Part shown: positions 16,495 to 26,483 of the stretch, one piece after another | Position numbering within the stretch: the stretch's first letter is position 1 | Layout: each line of letters starts with the position of its first letter | From: Candidatus Woesearchaeota archaeon | Lineage (GTDB): Archaea > Nanobdellota > Nanobdellia > Pacearchaeales > GW2011-AR1 | Length of the DNA: 36,512 nucleotides | NCBI GenBank assembly: GCA_964363655.1 | Contig: CAYIJD010000001.1 | Coordinates: 1-36,512 of the forward strand | Reading direction: 5' to 3' | The notes under the pieces: generated by a model | Told to the model about the DNA's origin: nothing | The model's input: only the letters and a program-made list of their open reading frames with translations | Databases searched by the model: none | Translations under genes and position numbers: made by a program

Positions 16495-17358
16495 TTAACA
16501 TCCATCTAACACATGTTTCCTAATAGCTTCTCTTGAATCAGTAAATTCGATTCTTAGTTCCCTTTTTGTTTTATCTGTATTTAAAACAAATCTTTTTGTC
16601 AAGGGCGCTTCTTCTGATTCTAAATAATCCAATTTTCTTCTCCACCCTTTTTCTTTGTATATATCTAAAACTATCTGTGCCATTTCATTTCTTGATAAAG
16701 CTTCTCCACTGCAAGAAACATGATATATCCCAAAAACATTTTTTTGTATTGAATTTTTCAAAACTCTGTAAAAATCAGGAAAATAAGATGGTCTAATAAA
16801 ATTATTAGTCCAAAAAGGATGATAATGCAGATCTTTTCCTTCTATGGCTCTTTTTGCCGCATCTATTATTTTATTTTTAATACCCATCATAGTCTCTACT
16901 CTTAAAACTGCTCCTTTATGAGAAATAACAATATCTTCTGCCAAAGATTTTGACTCGCCATATTCATTTACAGGTTTTTTTTCTTCATTTTCTGTCCAAG
17001 ATTCCCCTTTTTTTAATTTTCCATCAAAAACATAATCTGTTGAAATAAAAATTACACTATCAGATTTTTCACAAATTTTTTTAGTAAGTTCTACATTCTG
17101 TTTTAAAACTTCTTCCCAATTATCCGGATTTTTACAGAAATTTATATCTGAATTAGCTGCTAAATGAATTGCAATATCATAATCATTTTCTAATTCTCTC
17201 ACTATTTTTATTCTTAGATAGGGATATTTTCTGATTTTAATTGGTTTAACATGCTCTAAAATCTCGATAAATGTTCCGGATTCAAATAACTCATCCAGTT
17301 TTTCTGCAATGCCTGAACCAATATTGCCGGTTAATCCTGTAAGCAGAATTTTTTTCAT
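16495..17358 (-). CDS. RmlD-like NAD(P)-dependent 4-keto-sugar reductase (dTDP-4-dehydrorhamnose reductase family)
   Basis: KILLTGLTGNIGSGI (Rossmann) and FISTDYVFDG...PVNEYGESKSLAE (the STDYVFDG / YGxSK signature of the RmlD substrate-binding domain). Confidence 0.7.
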   Translation of the reverse strand: MKKILLTGLTGNIGSGIAEKLDELFESGTFIEILEHVKPIKIRKYPYLRIKIVRELENDYDIAIHLAANSDINFCKNPDNWEEVLKQNVELTKKICEKSDSVIFISTDYVFDGKLKKGESWTENEEKKPVNEYGESKSLAEDIVISHKGAVLRVETMMGIKNKIIDAAKRAIEGKDLHYHPFWTNNFIRPSYFPDFYRVLKNSIQKNVFGIYHVSCSGEALSRNEMAQIVLDIYKEKGWRRKLDYLESEEAPLTKRFVLNTDKTKRELRIEFTDSREAIRKHVLDGC

Positions 17359-17376
17359 TTTAGAGTTTTTTTCATT

Positions 17377-18363
17377 TTAAAGATTTGTTTTTTCTTGCTC
17401 TCTCCACCAATCAAGTAAATCTTGCATTGTCTCCTCAAAAGGAATTTCAGCTACCCAATCAGTTTCATTCTTAAATCTAGTTATATCGGGAATTTGTAAA
17501 TCAACATCATAAGGACGCATTAATTCGGGATCTTGAAACTTCTGAATTTTATCTTTCATTGAACTTAAACTTAAAAGAAAATCAAGCACCTCTCCAATTG
17601 TCTTTGTCACATTTCCTCCGATATTATAAACTTCTCCAGGTTTGCATTTTCTTACTAAAACATAATATGCTTTTACAGCATCTCTTACATCTGCCCAGGT
17701 TCTTATGCTGTTTAAATTTCCATGATGAATTACAGGTTTTTGTTTTCCCTGTTCTATTCTTGCTATTTGCCTTGCAAAATTACATTCTGCTGACATCATA
17801 GTTCTTCCAGGTCCAGTATGAGTAAACATTCTTGTTCTGATTGTTTTTATTTTATAATTTGTCCAATACATTAAAGCAAGCATATCAGTGCCAACTTTTC
17901 CAACCGCATAAGGATTTGAGGGGTTAAATCTTGTTGTTTCTTTTATAGGAATATCTTCCTTACTCACTAAACCATAAACTTCGCTTGACGAGCAAACATG
18001 AACAACAGGATCAAATAAATTATCCTTTTCTTTTAAATATCTGATTGCCTCTAACAAATTTCCAGTGCCAATAGTATTTGTATATATTGTGGATAAAGGA
18101 TAAGCATAACTATCAGGGACATAACTTTGTGCTGCAAGATGAAAAATAAAATCTGGCTTTGTTTTTTCCAGAGTGCGAATACAGCTTGACAAATCATTTA
18201 AATCCATAGCTATCATATTTATCTTGTCTTTAATATCTCTTATTCTAGTTGTATCTTCATCCCATCTATAAGAGCCGTAAACTACTTCGTTTTTCCCAAG
18301 AAGAAATCTTGCAAGATGTCCTGCAACAAATCCATTAATTCCTGTAATAAAATTTTTCACCAT
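17377..18363 (-). CDS. SDR-family NDP-sugar dehydratase/reductase (GDP-mannose 4,6-dehydratase / Rmd-like)
   Basis: FITGINGFVAGHLARFLL, HLAAQSYV, SSSEVYG, NPYAVGK (YxxxK) and GNLNSIRTWADVRD. Confidence 0.75.
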   Translation of the reverse strand: MVKNFITGINGFVAGHLARFLLGKNEVVYGSYRWDEDTTRIRDIKDKINMIAMDLNDLSSCIRTLEKTKPDFIFHLAAQSYVPDSYAYPLSTIYTNTIGTGNLLEAIRYLKEKDNLFDPVVHVCSSSEVYGLVSKEDIPIKETTRFNPSNPYAVGKVGTDMLALMYWTNYKIKTIRTRMFTHTGPGRTMMSAECNFARQIARIEQGKQKPVIHHGNLNSIRTWADVRDAVKAYYVLVRKCKPGEVYNIGGNVTKTIGEVLDFLLSLSSMKDKIQKFQDPELMRPYDVDLQIPDITRFKNETDWVAEIPFEETMQDLLDWWREQEKTNL

Positions 18364-18618
18364 AATTTTAAAATTATACTTGGTTTTTAAATATTTAGGC
18401 AGTTATTTTCTCAAATATCTTCTAGGAATTAAAGCAGACTCTCTTTTTTCAGGATCATTCAAAATTGTCTGCTCTTTCCATCGCTCATGGTGAAGTTTTT
18501 TTCTTCTATATCCCTCAACACCAATTGCATCTAAGGAAACTGTCAATAAGTTTTCAGGAGCAAATAAATACGGATGAGTTACAGGAGTTGCCCCAGGTCC
18601 TAAAAATTCTCTCGGCTG

Positions 18619-19451
18619 TTATGAATAAATTTCAGGTTTTTTCCCTGTTAATCGTGATTGAAACACTCTCGGATTTTCCAATGGGTAACAAAATCCTCTC
18701 GACTGAATTTCAGAAGGATGAATCAAGAAAGATTCTCTGTTAAAATGAATATATCTTCCATTTTTGACAAAGCCTTCTATGTCAATAGGAATTATCTCAT
18801 TTGAAGAGATATTTAATCTTCTAATCTGTAGAATATTCAAGCTCGTGTCAACATCAAATATCATATCAAGATAAGTTTTAACTGAAAATATTCTCTCTCC
18901 ATCTTCATAAAAAACTTCTAACATATCTGTTCCTTCATCAACACTTTCAGCTACTTCATATGTTAAGAGATCAAATCCTAATCTTTCTGCTGAATCAATA
19001 GTGTATATCTTTAAGCGAGGTGTAACAATTATTTTTGGATTCTCATCTTTTGTTAAAATCAAAGACTCTTCTGCAGTTTCTCGCAAAGCAGTCTCTAACA
19101 ATCCTTCTCTAGTAAATAAAGCATTCTTATTATTTAGAAATCAGATGAAGTGCTGAAATATAAATTATGAACTCTTGCGTCTTTATCTCTTCGGTGGCAA
19201 GAAAAATAACCGTCATTAAACACAACAAAAGAACCTGCACTTGGAGGTTTTACTGGATTTTTTTCATCAGCTAAAACAGAATATCCTTTTGTAAGAAGAT
19301 TATCTAAAACCTGCACGCCCCATTCAGGATTTGCACCTAATCTTTCATTAATAAATTGCGGTGAACGAGGATAAAATAATTTTATTTTCAACGATTCTCC
19401 ATTATATTCTGCCTCTGCCCTATAAACTTTAAACTGTAATATCTCTGCCAT
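18619..19451 (-). pseudogene. Nudix hydrolase-like gene split by a -1 frameshift
   Basis: ORF 19134..19451 ends ...YFSTSSDF*. The -1 frame is open from 19140 and reads FLNNKNALFTREGLLETALRETAEESLIL, a near-canonical Nudix box (E-x7-REUxEE). The frame switch must occur within 19134-19143. Confidence 0.6.
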
Positions 19452-19488
19452 CGTAAATCTATAAAATAAATGTTTTTAAAGATATAGA

Positions 19489-20376
19489 TTACTTCGTACT
19501 CTCAACTCTCTCCCAATTATCATGATAGTGTTTATTGACAAATCTAGTCTCATAGAAAACTTTAGTCCACATATAGACTCTTGCTAAAATTAATTTACTC
19601 ATCCAATAATATTCTCTTAATGATTTTGGATAAGTAAATAAATAAGATAGTCCTTTTGCTTCATTCAAAAATGTCTTCATTCTTGGAAATTGTTTGTGAT
19701 TAACGTGTCTTTTTATAATTTCATGAGATTTAGTTGTTCTTGTTTTCTGTTTTACCCAATCATTCCAATTATCTACATTCTTAACAAATACTAATGCATT
19801 TTGAGCATACCCAATTTTATATCCTTTATCCCAAAAAATATGAGGAATTATTGTGTCTTCTCCAACATCTAAAGGAAACTCTTTTATAATTCCATTTCTA
19901 AATGCCTCTAAATATCCAGAACACTCTAAAAATTTGCTATTCTCACTTAGTTTCTTTCTCAGATTATGTGCGGCGTCAAATAAAAAATGAGCCCAAAATC
20001 CATATTGATTATCTCTTGTTTCAATTGGTGCCGGCCTTCCTGTAACACACCCTACAGTCTTATCATCAAATTCTTTTAATACTTCATTTATTGCATTCTC
20101 TGATAAATATACATCTCCGTCAGTAAAAATACATATATCTCCTTTTAATTTTGGAAGCAATAAATTAATTGCATAACTTTTACCTTTTCCAGGATCTCTA
20201 AAAATTTTTATTCGTTTATTTTTATCTTGGTATAATTTTGCGATGTTCAAAGTTTCACTATCTGGAGTAGAAATTATTAATTCATAATCCTCTTTGATAT
20301 TTTGGCTAATAATTGCATCTATAGCTCTCTCGATTGTCTTCTGTTCATTAAATGAATTTATGATTATTGAGATCAT
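19489..20376 (-). CDS. family 2 glycosyltransferase
   Basis: ISIIINSFNEQKTIERAIDAIISQ and FTDGDV (DxD). Confidence 0.8.
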   Translation of the reverse strand: MISIIINSFNEQKTIERAIDAIISQNIKEDYELIISTPDSETLNIAKLYQDKNKRIKIFRDPGKGKSYAINLLLPKLKGDICIFTDGDVYLSENAINEVLKEFDDKTVGCVTGRPAPIETRDNQYGFWAHFLFDAAHNLRKKLSENSKFLECSGYLEAFRNGIIKEFPLDVGEDTIIPHIFWDKGYKIGYAQNALVFVKNVDNWNDWVKQKTRTTKSHEIIKRHVNHKQFPRMKTFLNEAKGLSYLFTYPKSLREYYWMSKLILARVYMWTKVFYETRFVNKHYHDNWERVESTK

Positions 20377-20757
20377 TTTTTAAAAGATGAATCTTATTTA
20401 ATAAGATTTTTATACTAAAAAAGAATCTTCTATTAATTTAGCAAAATTCAGATTTATAATAATATCTATATTTTGAGCATGTCTAAAAAATACTTCTTTA
20501 AAGGATGTTCATCTAATTTAACTAAATTAATTTGCAGGTAGATATCCCAATCAGTATCTCCGCACAAACATAAAAAATATAAATTTAAAATTATTAACCT
20601 TGTATAATTATAATAGATATGTGCTCACCCCTAAAGAAGTGGTCTGTTTAATTGCCTATCTTGTTGATAAAAGTTATCAAAAAATGAGAGAAAAATTCCC
20701 ATGTGGAGATACTATCAATATAAATAAATTTAAATAATAAAAATACGAATTATAAAT

Positions 20758-21024
20758 ATGGCTAAATTAATCTTGAATAATGGAGAGAAGGAAGAGGAAA
20801 TTAATAATGAGGAGGAAATAAAACAGATTTGCGAGGAAAAGTTTAATATACCTTTTGGATGTAAAGATGGCATTTGTGGAACTTGTATTATAAAGGTTGT
20901 AGAAGGAAATGAAAACCTCTCTGAAAAAAACGAAAAAGAGTATGACCTACTGCCAAAAAATGAAAATGAAAGACTTGCTTGTCAATGTAAAATAAAAAAA
21001 GGTGTTGTTAAGATAGAGTATTGA
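20758..21024 (+). CDS. [2Fe-2S] ferredoxin-like protein
   Basis: GCKDGICGTCIIKV (C-x4-C-x2-C) plus the distal RLACQC. Confidence 0.75.
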   Translation: MAKLILNNGEKEEEINNEEEIKQICEEKFNIPFGCKDGICGTCIIKVVEGNENLSEKNEKEYDLLPKNENERLACQCKIKKGVVKIEY

Positions 21025-21240
21025 TTTTTTTAATTGTATTATCCAGAAATAACGTCCTATCGATAATGTACATAAGCTCTAGAAAACGAGAAGATCTTAT
21101 AAGAAAACTAAATCCAAAGGAAATAGAAAAAGTTTTCTGGCATAATCCAGATGAAAAAATATACAAAAAATCCAGAAAATTATACGCTAAGTTTTATTAA
21201 TACTTTACGAGAATATATGTTTCATGTGAATAGCAGATAA

Positions 21241-22788
21241 CTACAACTTATACCTAACTCTATCATAAAAAACTTTAAAAGAAACGGGCATTGAGCGATA
21301 AATAGGCTTTAATATTTTTTCTCTCGTATTATCAATCACTTCAACTAACTCTCCAACAGTGTATGTTGGTCCTTCATCTTCAGCATGAAATCTAACAATA
21401 TCTGGCCTAGTTAAATGATCAATAAGCTTAGCGGGAATGAGACCATATCTCTTATCAGTACAGGATCCTCTCATTAAATTTAAAACCAAATTCAAATAAG
21501 GATTTTTCTTTTTTAATTTGATATGTTTCCATCTATCCCAATAATTTAAATTACTTGCAGTATCATTGTAAGTTTTTATATAACCATCTTCTAAAGCTCT
21601 TTTATATAGAGGAGTTCCTTCAAAAAATATTAAATTATTAACGCTTAAGAAATATGGCTTAGGTATTTTTTGCAGTAATCTTATTGTTGCTATTATATCT
21701 TCATTTGTTTCGTAAGGATTGCAACTTATAACATCATACATAACCCTTAGTTTATCTTTATATTTATTCAGAATTTTAGCGCATTCCAATACGTGTTTTG
21801 CAGTTATAAATCTATTATAAACTTCTTTATTTAGCCTATCACTCCCACTTTGTATGCCAATAATTATATCTGTTAGACCAGCTTCAACTAATAATCTTAT
21901 CTTTTCATCGCTAACCTCGCCAAAAGACATTGTTGCTGGCTCTGCCAAACATTTCATTCTTAATCCTATTTCTTCTTTATATCTTTTAGAGAAATCTCTT
22001 AACCATTCGATTTTCCTAACAGTTATTGTTTCGTCTCTAATATCAATTGTTTTTATAGATGAAAATTTCTTTTTTATTTTTTTTAAAAAGGTTATTACAT
22101 AATCAACGCTATGTGTTCTTAATAAATCTGCTTTATCTTCATATAAAGCTCTTAATATATTATTAGTGCAATATGAACATGCTTGAGGGCATCCTCTTTC
22201 AGTCTGAAAAAATAACATTCCTGCTAGATGCCTTTCTTCAAACGGAATTAACTTTCCTCTTTCTAAAATCCACTGATCTTCTATATCAAAATCTGGCATA
22301 GCAAGAACATCTAAATTATTTGGGGGTGATCTTACGGGGTTTTTATACTCTTTATCATTTTTTCTTATCCAGAAATTTTTAATATTTGTTATATCCTCTC
22401 CTTTTTCCATTTTATTTGCTAGTTCAACAATAGCTTCTTCTGCTTCACCAACTGCAATTATATCTCCTAATTTAAAACATTTTTCAGGAAAAAATGTTGT
22501 GTGGGGACCTCCCCAAACAACTGGAATTCCTTTTTTCTGAAATAAATCAATTAATTGTTTTGCTCTCCCAGTTGTACTTTCCAAAGAACCAATACCAACT
22601 AACCGACTATTTTTTGCTTTTTCCCAGACCTGACTTAATTCTCTACTAGCATATTTTCTTGTATAATCTTCAACTAAAGGCAAGAAAATAAGTAAGACTT
22701 CATGACCTTCTTTTTCTAAACAGGCAGATAAAGTTCTTAATCCCTGATCATTTGGGAAAGTACTTGTAGATATTAATGATATTTTCAT
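21241..22788 (-). CDS. B12-binding-domain radical SAM enzyme
   Basis: N-terminal Rossmann-like B12-binding region (KISLISTS...EGHEVLLIFL...VVWGGPH), then ERGCPQACSYCTNN (CxxxCxxC) and IGIQSGSDRLNKEVYNR. Confidence 0.85.
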   Translation of the reverse strand: MKISLISTSTFPNDQGLRTLSACLEKEGHEVLLIFLPLVEDYTRKYASRELSQVWEKAKNSRLVGIGSLESTTGRAKQLIDLFQKKGIPVVWGGPHTTFFPEKCFKLGDIIAVGEAEEAIVELANKMEKGEDITNIKNFWIRKNDKEYKNPVRSPPNNLDVLAMPDFDIEDQWILERGKLIPFEERHLAGMLFFQTERGCPQACSYCTNNILRALYEDKADLLRTHSVDYVITFLKKIKKKFSSIKTIDIRDETITVRKIEWLRDFSKRYKEEIGLRMKCLAEPATMSFGEVSDEKIRLLVEAGLTDIIIGIQSGSDRLNKEVYNRFITAKHVLECAKILNKYKDKLRVMYDVISCNPYETNEDIIATIRLLQKIPKPYFLSVNNLIFFEGTPLYKRALEDGYIKTYNDTASNLNYWDRWKHIKLKKKNPYLNLVLNLMRGSCTDKRYGLIPAKLIDHLTRPDIVRFHAEDEGPTYTVGELVEVIDNTREKILKPIYRSMPVSFKVFYDRVRYKL

Positions 22789-22848
22789 CTTTAAATTCCT
22801 CTTTTTTGTATTATTAATTATATTAAGTATAGCTTTTAAATTTATCCT

Positions 22849-24018
22849 TTAAGGTATAGTATTTCTAGTTAATAAATCTTTATACTCCTCCATATACTTC
22901 CTATAAATAATATCCCAATCATAATCTTTTGCTTTTTGATAGTTATTTTTTGAAATTTCATCTCTTAATTTTTTATTATCTAATAAATAAAGAATTTTTT
23001 CTTTTAATTTTTCAATATCCCCATAATTAACAAAAAAACCATTTTCACCCTCTTTCATTTCATAAGGAACTCCATTTACAGGACTTGCAATTATAGGCAA
23101 TCCTGAAGCCATTGCTTCAAATAAAGTTAAAGGAAGTCCCTCTCTATAACTAGGAAGAACATAAACATCTGATGCTTGATACATCTCAGCTACTTTTTCT
23201 TTTCCTCTTATAGGACCAAAATAATTCATATTATTAAAATTTTTAATTAAGCTTTTAACTTCTTCTGCCTTGCCTTCATCAGGACCAATCCAAACAAAAG
23301 CAATGTCTTTTCTTTTTTTTGTTATTTCAATAGCTGCTTTTGCCAGCATTTCAGGGCCTTTAGTAGGATTTAGCCTCCCAAAAAATAAAACCAAAAATTT
23401 TTCTTTTATATTATATTTCTCTCTAAAATTATTATTACTAATTTTTTTGAATAAAATACCATCCATTCCATTTTTTATAACAGTTATTTTTTCTTTATCT
23501 TCAATATATTTGTTTAAAATATCTAATTCCCAAGGAGTTATTGGAATTACTTTATCAATCATTTTAAAAGCTATTCTATTAAAAAATAGTTCGTTTAAAA
23601 ACAAAAATGGCTTTAAAATTTTGGGCCTAAAAGAAGTATCTGTCCAAGGACAATGAGTTGTATGAATATGTTTAAAGCCATTTAACTTTGATAAAATCCC
23701 AGTTATTAAAATATATAAATGTCCAGAAACATGACTATGAACAATATCAAATTTTTCTTTAAATTTCCATAGTAAAGAAGGCCAAATAAAAGTGCTTAAC
23801 GACAATCTTACTATATAAGGCAACCTGTGAACATGAACTCCTTCCATGATTTCTTCTTTAATTTTTATTCTTTGATTTTTATCACTATCACAACAATAAA
23901 CATGAACTTCATGCCCTTCTTTAACTTGTCTTTTTGCTAGCTCATACATAACTTGTTCAACTCCTCCAAATGTTGGAAGATAAAACATGTTTACATGACA
24001 GATTTTTAGTTTCTTCAT
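22849..24018 (-). CDS. family 4 (GT-B) glycosyltransferase
   Basis: FGGVEQVMYELAKRQVKEGHEVHV and VYVLPSYREGLPLTLFEAMASGLPIIASPVNG (E-x7-E region). Confidence 0.85.
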   Translation of the reverse strand: MKKLKICHVNMFYLPTFGGVEQVMYELAKRQVKEGHEVHVYCCDSDKNQRIKIKEEIMEGVHVHRLPYIVRLSLSTFIWPSLLWKFKEKFDIVHSHVSGHLYILITGILSKLNGFKHIHTTHCPWTDTSFRPKILKPFLFLNELFFNRIAFKMIDKVIPITPWELDILNKYIEDKEKITVIKNGMDGILFKKISNNNFREKYNIKEKFLVLFFGRLNPTKGPEMLAKAAIEITKKRKDIAFVWIGPDEGKAEEVKSLIKNFNNMNYFGPIRGKEKVAEMYQASDVYVLPSYREGLPLTLFEAMASGLPIIASPVNGVPYEMKEGENGFFVNYGDIEKLKEKILYLLDNKKLRDEISKNNYQKAKDYDWDIIYRKYMEEYKDLLTRNTIP

Positions 24019-24373
24019 TTCTTTTATAACGTAATTTTATTTTGGTAACTTGTTATTAAGAGGACATTTAACTTAACTGTTTATTTTAGCTATAAAACTA
24101 TTTTTATTTTAGGGCTTTATAATTATTTGTATATAAATTATAATAACTCTTTTTCTCTATGATTATTAGAAACCTAGTTCATTATTTTAGTGTGTCCGTA
24201 GAGTATATTTGATGCTCCAGAATGAAACATCTCTTCTGTTAGTTCTTTTTTACTTAATCCCTTAAAATTATTTTTAACGTTGCTCAATAATTTTTCAATT
24301 TAACATTTTATTAAATCCAGAATAAATAAGCTTTAAAAAAATTGTTGGGGTCTGGAGCTTAAATCCCTCAATG

Positions 24374-25270
24374 CTATTTCCATGAACTAAGATCTTTACC
24401 AATCAATTTCTCTAGTTTTTCTATATCCTCTAAGTAAACCAGCTTCAATTTTTTCTTTAATTCTTGGCTCAATTTCGGTTTATCGCTTTCTTTAACATTA
24501 AAATCATTTATTTTATTAAATATCTCGTTTATTTTTGTTTTTCTTTTAATAAAGAATATAAAATCTCCAAATCTCCCCCTTTCTAATTTATGAGAAATTT
24601 CAGCAAGAGAATTTATAATATATCTAATAATTTTAAATTTAGTCTCAGTAGATTTGGCTGGTTTTTCCCTTAGATTTTTCGGAAGGTAACTATCATCTAC
24701 ATTAAGAAATCCATAAAATTCTTTTGCAGCTTTTTCTGGGTTTTTTAAAATATCATCGTGAAATATTATTTTTATATTCTCTTTCGGGAATAAATCAAAA
24801 TAAGGTTTTAATAATTTATAATAAAATCCTCTATGCCTATATCCATCTCCTTTAGGATAAAACCCTTTTTGTTCTTTAAAAAATGCTGTCTTAAAATTAT
24901 CTTTTTCTTTTAGCTTAAATCTTTTAAATGAAAGCCAATCAGAATAGGCTCTTTCAACAGGTTCTCTCAAACAAGCCCATATTTTAACGTTCGGAAAATG
25001 CTTTTTAATTATTTTGGCTACTTTCGGATTAACCATGTAATATGAACTAAAATCGCCTTTAACTTGTTCCTTCTTACATCCCTTAAATAAATCAAGATAT
25101 CCTTTAATGCCTCTTTTATCATATTCTGATTCTTTATTATAAGGCCTAACACTAGAAAAATAATTCAATTTTCCTAAATAAGGGCAACATATTTGCGGGT
25201 GTTCTGATAAGATATTAACTATCCATGTAGTTCCAGATCTTCCAGCACCAATCCCAATAAAGTCTACCAT
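24374..25270 (-). CDS. sulfotransferase-family protein
   Basis: IGIGAGRSGTTWI (5'-PSB loop) and CLREPVERAYSDW (3'-PB motif). Confidence 0.8.
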   Translation of the reverse strand: MVDFIGIGAGRSGTTWIVNILSEHPQICCPYLGKLNYFSSVRPYNKESEYDKRGIKGYLDLFKGCKKEQVKGDFSSYYMVNPKVAKIIKKHFPNVKIWACLREPVERAYSDWLSFKRFKLKEKDNFKTAFFKEQKGFYPKGDGYRHRGFYYKLLKPYFDLFPKENIKIIFHDDILKNPEKAAKEFYGFLNVDDSYLPKNLREKPAKSTETKFKIIRYIINSLAEISHKLERGRFGDFIFFIKRKTKINEIFNKINDFNVKESDKPKLSQELKKKLKLVYLEDIEKLEKLIGKDLSSWK

Positions 25271-25345
25271 ATTATAAAAGATTATATTATAACTATGATT
25301 ATTTGATATAATAATCTATTTAAATAAAACGATGTTTTTGAATTA

Positions 25346-26395
25346 ATGTTAAAAAAGAAAAAGATTATATGTACTATCGGACCATCTTCTTTAAATCCAA
25401 ATATTTTGCGGGGTTTTAAAGATAGGGGAGTTGACTTTTTGAGGGTAAATCTCTCTCACACTTCTGAAGAGTATATAGAAGAGGTAATCTTGGAATTAAA
25501 AAAGTATGATATACCCATTATTATAGATACAGAGGGGCCACAAATCAGAACTGGAAATAATTACGAAATTCATTTAAAACAAGGTAAAGGCATAAAGATC
25601 TATAATAAAAAAATATTGTGTGATGAAAATAATTTATTCTTAACTCCTCTAGATATAATAGAAAAAATGCGAGTAGGGGATATAATTTCTCCCGACTTTA
25701 ACTCTGCTCTTTTAAATGTTAGAGACATTTCTTATCTTGAAGAAAAAGGATATATTTTATGCAAGGTTATTACAGGAGGAAAGGTTGGAGGGAAAAAAGC
25801 CATTCATATAGAAAACATAAATAACATAAAATTACCTGCCTTCAGTAATAAAGATCTTAAATCGATAGATATTGCAAAAAAATATAATGTTAATACATTC
25901 ACTCTATCTTTTATTGACAATAAAGAAGATTTAATAAAATTTAAGAAAATTTATCCAGAATCAGTTTTTTATGCTAAAATAGAAACGAAAAAAGCAGTTG
26001 ATAACTTAGATGAGATAATAAATTACTCTAATGGAATTCTTATAGATAGAGGAGATTTAAGTAGAGAAGTTCCTATAGAAAAAATACCTTTATTTCAAAA
26101 ATATATTATCTATAAAACAAGAGAAAAAGAAAAAGATGTGTTTGTTGCCACAAATACTCTAGAAAAAATGGTATATTCTATGAAACCAGAGAAATCAGAA
26201 GTTAATGATATAGTCAATACTTTATTAGATGGAGCAACAGGAATTGCATTAACAAAAGAGACTGCTGTGGGAAATTATCCTTTAGAAACAGTAAGTATGC
26301 TTTCATCAATAATGAATCAGATAAATTATCTCGAGCTAAATGAAGACTCAACAAAAAAAGAGCTTATAGAAACAATTTTAAAAAAAATTATTTAA
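25346..26395 (+). CDS. pyruvate-kinase-like protein with A and B domains only (no C-terminal domain)
   Basis: KIICTIGPSS, RVNLSH, IIDTEGPQIRTG, KIETKKAVDNLDEII, ILIDRGDLSREV, VATNTLEKM and LTKETAVGNYP follow the PK barrel motifs. The protein ends about 35 aa after the last barrel motif (349 aa). Confidence 0.75.
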   Translation: MLKKKKIICTIGPSSLNPNILRGFKDRGVDFLRVNLSHTSEEYIEEVILELKKYDIPIIIDTEGPQIRTGNNYEIHLKQGKGIKIYNKKILCDENNLFLTPLDIIEKMRVGDIISPDFNSALLNVRDISYLEEKGYILCKVITGGKVGGKKAIHIENINNIKLPAFSNKDLKSIDIAKKYNVNTFTLSFIDNKEDLIKFKKIYPESVFYAKIETKKAVDNLDEIINYSNGILIDRGDLSREVPIEKIPLFQKYIIYKTREKEKDVFVATNTLEKMVYSMKPEKSEVNDIVNTLLDGATGIALTKETAVGNYPLETVSMLSSIMNQINYLELNEDSTKKELIETILKKII

Positions 26396-26483
26396 ATGAT
26401 AACATTATATGAGATTATAAATCAAAAATAACCAGATAATTTTATACAACAATTCTTAAAAATCTTAGTTTATAACTATCTCA

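Noticed and set aside
21066-21200. A 44-aa ORF (MYISSRKREDLIRKLNPKEIEKVFWHNPDEKIYKKSRKLYAKFY) between the ferredoxin and radical-SAM genes.
   Set aside because: It is plausible as a microprotein, but there is no motif, no visible ribosome-binding site and no comparative evidence.
24019-24373. A 355-bp gap between the GT4 and sulfotransferase genes. A stop-bounded, start-less minus-strand frame reads IEKLLSNVKNNFKGLSKKELTEEMFHSGASNILYGHTKIMN*.
   Set aside because: There is no start codon and no recognisable motif, and the frame is short. It may be a gene remnant or just promoter sequence, so it is not supportable as a feature.
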